NCBI GenBank assembly: GCA_016188575.1
Contig: JACPHN010000265.1
Coordinates: forward strand, 13,554-77,553
Length of the DNA stretch: 64,000 nucleotides
From: Candidatus Schekmanbacteria bacterium
GTDB taxonomy: Bacteria; CSSED10-310; JACPHN01
Direction: 5' to 3'
A program made the translations under genes and the position numbers. Positions within the stretch are counted from its first letter, which is position 1; the number at the start of each line of letters is the position of its first letter. Under the pieces are notes generated by a model that saw only the letters and a program-made list of their open reading frames with translations, made no database searches and was not told the DNA's origin. Below are positions 61,280-64,000 of the stretch, piece by piece.

Positions 61280-64000
61280 ATGTGGTGGGAAGTTTTTCGC
61301 TTCGAGCTCGCAGCGCGGCTCAGGCGGGTTTCGACACCCGTGTATTTCACGGTCCTGTTTGGCCTCGCCTTCCTCTTCATCAACGCGGCCGGTGGCGCCT
61401 TCGAGGGCGCCCACGTGGCATTTGGGGGCGGTGGGAAGATTCTCGTCGATTCCCCATACACGCTCACCCTCGTGACTTGCTCGCTCGCCATGTTCGGCTC
61501 GCTGATCATTGCGGCGTTTGCCGGGCGCGCCGTCCAGCAGGACTTTCAGCTCAACACCGCTCCGCTTCTGTTTACGACGTCGGTTACGCGCGGCGCCTAC
61601 CTCGGCGGCCGCTACAGCGCGGCGGTAGCACTCTCGCTGCTGGCTCTCCTCGGAATCGCTTGCGGGCTGGGGGCGGGTGCACTGATGCCGTGGCTCGACC
61701 GGGAAAAATTCGGCGCGCTGTCGATCGCTGGCCTGCTCTTGCCGTACGCGACTCTGGTTCTACCGAACGTCCTTTTTCTCGGCGCGCTGTTCTTCTCCGT
61801 CGCGACGCTGACCCGCAAGGCGATGGCCGTTCACGTCATGGCCGTGGTGCTGCTCATCGGTTACGTGGCGGCGGCACCCCTGCTGGCGGATATTGACAAC
61901 AAGCTGCTCGCGTCGCTGATCGATCCTTTCGGCGGTCGAGCGCTCGGTCACCTGACGCAGTACTGGTCGGTCGCCGAGAAAAACACCCGCTTGATCCCGT
62001 TCACCGGCGTCTATCTCTGGAATCGGCTGCTCTGGCTCGCCCTCGGCGCCGGCGTGCTCGGGTGGACGATGAGGCGTTTTCGCCTCGCTCACGCCGATGG
62101 CGCCGAGCGGGGACCACGGCGCGCTGGCGCCGCTGCCGACGTCCAGGCGGAGGTCAGCGTCGCGGCGGCGTCCGCGAAGGGTGTCATGGGTCTGAAGCTC
62201 AGTGCTCCAGGGTGGATTCGCCGTGGTTTCGCGCATACGCGGTTCGAGCTACGCGCCATCACCAAGAACGTCTACTTCCGCATCATCGTGGGCGCGGGCG
62301 CGTTGTTGATGGCCGTCATGGCAACGCAGCTCGACGAGATCTACGGTACTCCGACATACCCCGTGACGTACCAGGTCGTCGAGGTCCTCGGCGGCTCCTT
62401 CGCGCTCTTCGTGATCGTGGTCATCACCTTTCTCTCGGGAGAGCTGGTGTGGCGGGAGCGCGATGCGGGGTTGGTGCAGATCACGGACGCCACCCCGAGC
62501 GGTGATGTGGTCCTGCTCGGTGGCAAGCTCGCGGCGCTGGTCGCGACGCAGGCCATTCTACTCGCGGCGTTGGTCGCTTGCGGCATCGCGGTGCAGACCG
62601 CGTATGGCTACTATCACTACGAGCTCGGCCTATACTTGAAGCTTATCTTCGGTTACCAGCTTCCAGACTATGCTCTCCTGTGCGTTCTTGCCCTTTCCAT
62701 TCATGTCGTAGTCAATAACAAGTACGTCGGTCACTTCATCATCATTCTGTTCTACATACTGCAGATCAGCTTGAGCAGTCTTGGATTCGAGCATAATCTA
62801 TATAATTATGGAAGCGACCCCGGTTTTCAGTATTCTGACATGAACCGGTTTGGTCACTTTTTGAAGGCGGTCGTCTGGTACAAGTTGTATTGGGCCGCGG
62901 TTGCTGCGGTGCTCTTGGTAGTGGTCCGCCTGCTTTGGGTGCGCACACTGGACACGGGGATCCGCGTGCGGCTGGCGCTCGCGCGGCAGCGCCTCGGGCG
63001 CGGCGCGGCAGGCGCGCTCGGCGGGAGCGCCGGGCTCGCGGTGGCGCTGGGGTCCTTCATTGCCTACAACACGTGCGTGCTCAACACCTTTCGCACCTCG
63101 GTCGCGGGCGATCGCCGGTATGCTCGCTACGAACGCGAGTACAGGCGCTTCGAGTCGCTTCCGCAGCCGCGCATCGTGAGCGTGTCGCTGGACGTCGACA
63201 TCGATCCGCCGCGACGTTCCGCGCGCATTCGCGGCGAGTACGGGGTAGTGAACAAGAACAACGCGCCGGTCACCCAGGTTCTCGTGAGCATTCCGGACGA
63301 GGCGCAGGTCGCCAAGCTCACCGTTCTCGGTGAACCGGCTGCAGCGTTGTCGGATGCTGACCTGGGGGTCTTCCGATACGACCTGTCCACGCCCTTGGCG
63401 CCCGGCGCCGCAGGGTCCATCGACTTCGAGCTTTCCTGGGCTCCCGCGGGGTTTCGCGACGACGCCGCCGACACGGACATCGTGTACAACGGCACTTTCA
63501 TTGGCTTTCAGGCCTTGCCGATAGTCGGCTATACGCGCTGGATGGAGCTCACCGATGACGAGCGCCGCAAGAAGCAGGATCTGGCGCCCAAGGAGCGCAT
63601 GGCCGCGCGCGGCGACATGGCGGCACGCGCTAACACCTACCTTCGCGCGGACTCGGATTGGGTGAGCTTTGCCGCCACGCTGAGCACGTCGCCAACGCAG
63701 ATTGCGCTCGCGCCAGGCTACCTGGAACGCGAATGGACCGAGAATGGGCGGCGGTACTTTCGGTACAGGATGGATGAGCCGATCCTCAACTTCGTCTCTT
63801 TCCTGTCGGCCGAGTACCAGGTGCGGCGCGATCAGTGGAAGGACGTTGCCATCGAAATTTACTACCACAAGGGGCATGAGTATAATCTCAATCGAATGGT
63901 AAAGGGTGTGCAACGGTCTCTTGATTACTACACAGAACATTTCGGACCATATCAGCATAAGCAAGTGCGTATCGTTGAGTTTCCGAGGTATCATACTTTT
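61280..64000 (+). CDS. ABC-2 permease fused to an M1 aminopeptidase-like domain (truncated by window end)
   Basis: Not in the ORF track because it has no stop in the window. MWWEVFRFEL start, two multi-TM halves (DPFG, GELVWRER), then a soluble region ending FGPYQHKQVRIVEFPRYHTF in the same frame as the ATG. Confidence 0.82.
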   Translation, partial: MWWEVFRFELAARLRRVSTPVYFTVLFGLAFLFINAAGGAFEGAHVAFGGGGKILVDSPYTLTLVTCSLAMFGSLIIAAFAGRAVQQDFQLNTAPLLFTTSVTRGAYLGGRYSAAVALSLLALLGIACGLGAGALMPWLDREKFGALSIAGLLLPYATLVLPNVLFLGALFFSVATLTRKAMAVHVMAVVLLIGYVAAAPLLADIDNKLLASLIDPFGGRALGHLTQYWSVAEKNTRLIPFTGVYLWNRLLWLALGAGVLGWTMRRFRLAHADGAERGPRRAGAAADVQAEVSVAAASAKGVMGLKLSAPGWIRRGFAHTRFELRAITKNVYFRIIVGAGALLMAVMATQLDEIYGTPTYPVTYQVVEVLGGSFALFVIVVITFLSGELVWRERDAGLVQITDATPSGDVVLLGGKLAALVATQAILLAALVACGIAVQTAYGYYHYELGLYLKLIFGYQLPDYALLCVLALSIHVVVNNKYVGHFIIILFYILQISLSSLGFEHNLYNYGSDPGFQYSDMNRFGHFLKAVVWYKLYWAAVAAVLLVVVRLLWVRTLDTGIRVRLALARQRLGRGAAGALGGSAGLAVALGSFIAYNTCVLNTFRTSVAGDRRYARYEREYRRFESLPQPRIVSVSLDVDIDPPRRSARIRGEYGVVNKNNAPVTQVLVSIPDEAQVAKLTVLGEPAAALSDADLGVFRYDLSTPLAPGAAGSIDFELSWAPAGFRDDAADTDIVYNGTFIGFQALPIVGYTRWMELTDDERRKKQDLAPKERMAARGDMAARANTYLRADSDWVSFAATLSTSPTQIALAPGYLEREWTENGRRYFRYRMDEPILNFVSFLSAEYQVRRDQWKDVAIEIYYHKGHEYNLNRMVKGVQRSLDYYTEHFGPYQHKQVRIVEFPRYHTF

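Overview
GC-rich bacterial chromosome window, mostly housekeeping and metabolic genes. The gene content suggests a deltaproteobacterial- or acidobacterial-like lineage (inference only). In order: a truncated secreted-protein gene and a lipase/foldase pair, each behind a sigma54 promoter; pseudo-REC-PilZ, rsmD, moaA, aceB; a surface protein and an M1 aminopeptidase; an FHA-domain operon, two FliF-C-like mini membrane proteins, a divergent TonB-dependent receptor and a Ser1 class II amidotransferase homolog; TPR and GYF proteins; tandem dnaJ genes with a HAIR-like operator; dppBC; and a 7-gene V/A-type ATPase operon (E-DUF2764-A-B-D-I-K) with a predicted Na+ site. An accessory hotspot at ~35.4-41.4 kb holds two integron attC sites with no integrase in the window, a hicB / dead-hicA cassette, a VOC/PhnB gene, a repeat-rich noncoding tract, a decayed ISAs1 element, and an HNH endonuclease preceded by its own sigma70 promoter and a ~330-nt putatively structured leader (the top novelty candidate). 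Further on are an ECF sigma / anti-sigma pair and fumC; a V4R sigma54 activator with two target promoters of identical UAS geometry (site-2 protease, desaturase, ClsB-like PLD, pirin); acyl-CoA dehydrogenases; and an ABC ATPase plus ABC-permease/M1-peptidase fusion that runs off the window end. No rRNA, tRNA or CRISPR array was recognised. All calls come from reading motifs by eye; no database search or folding program was run.
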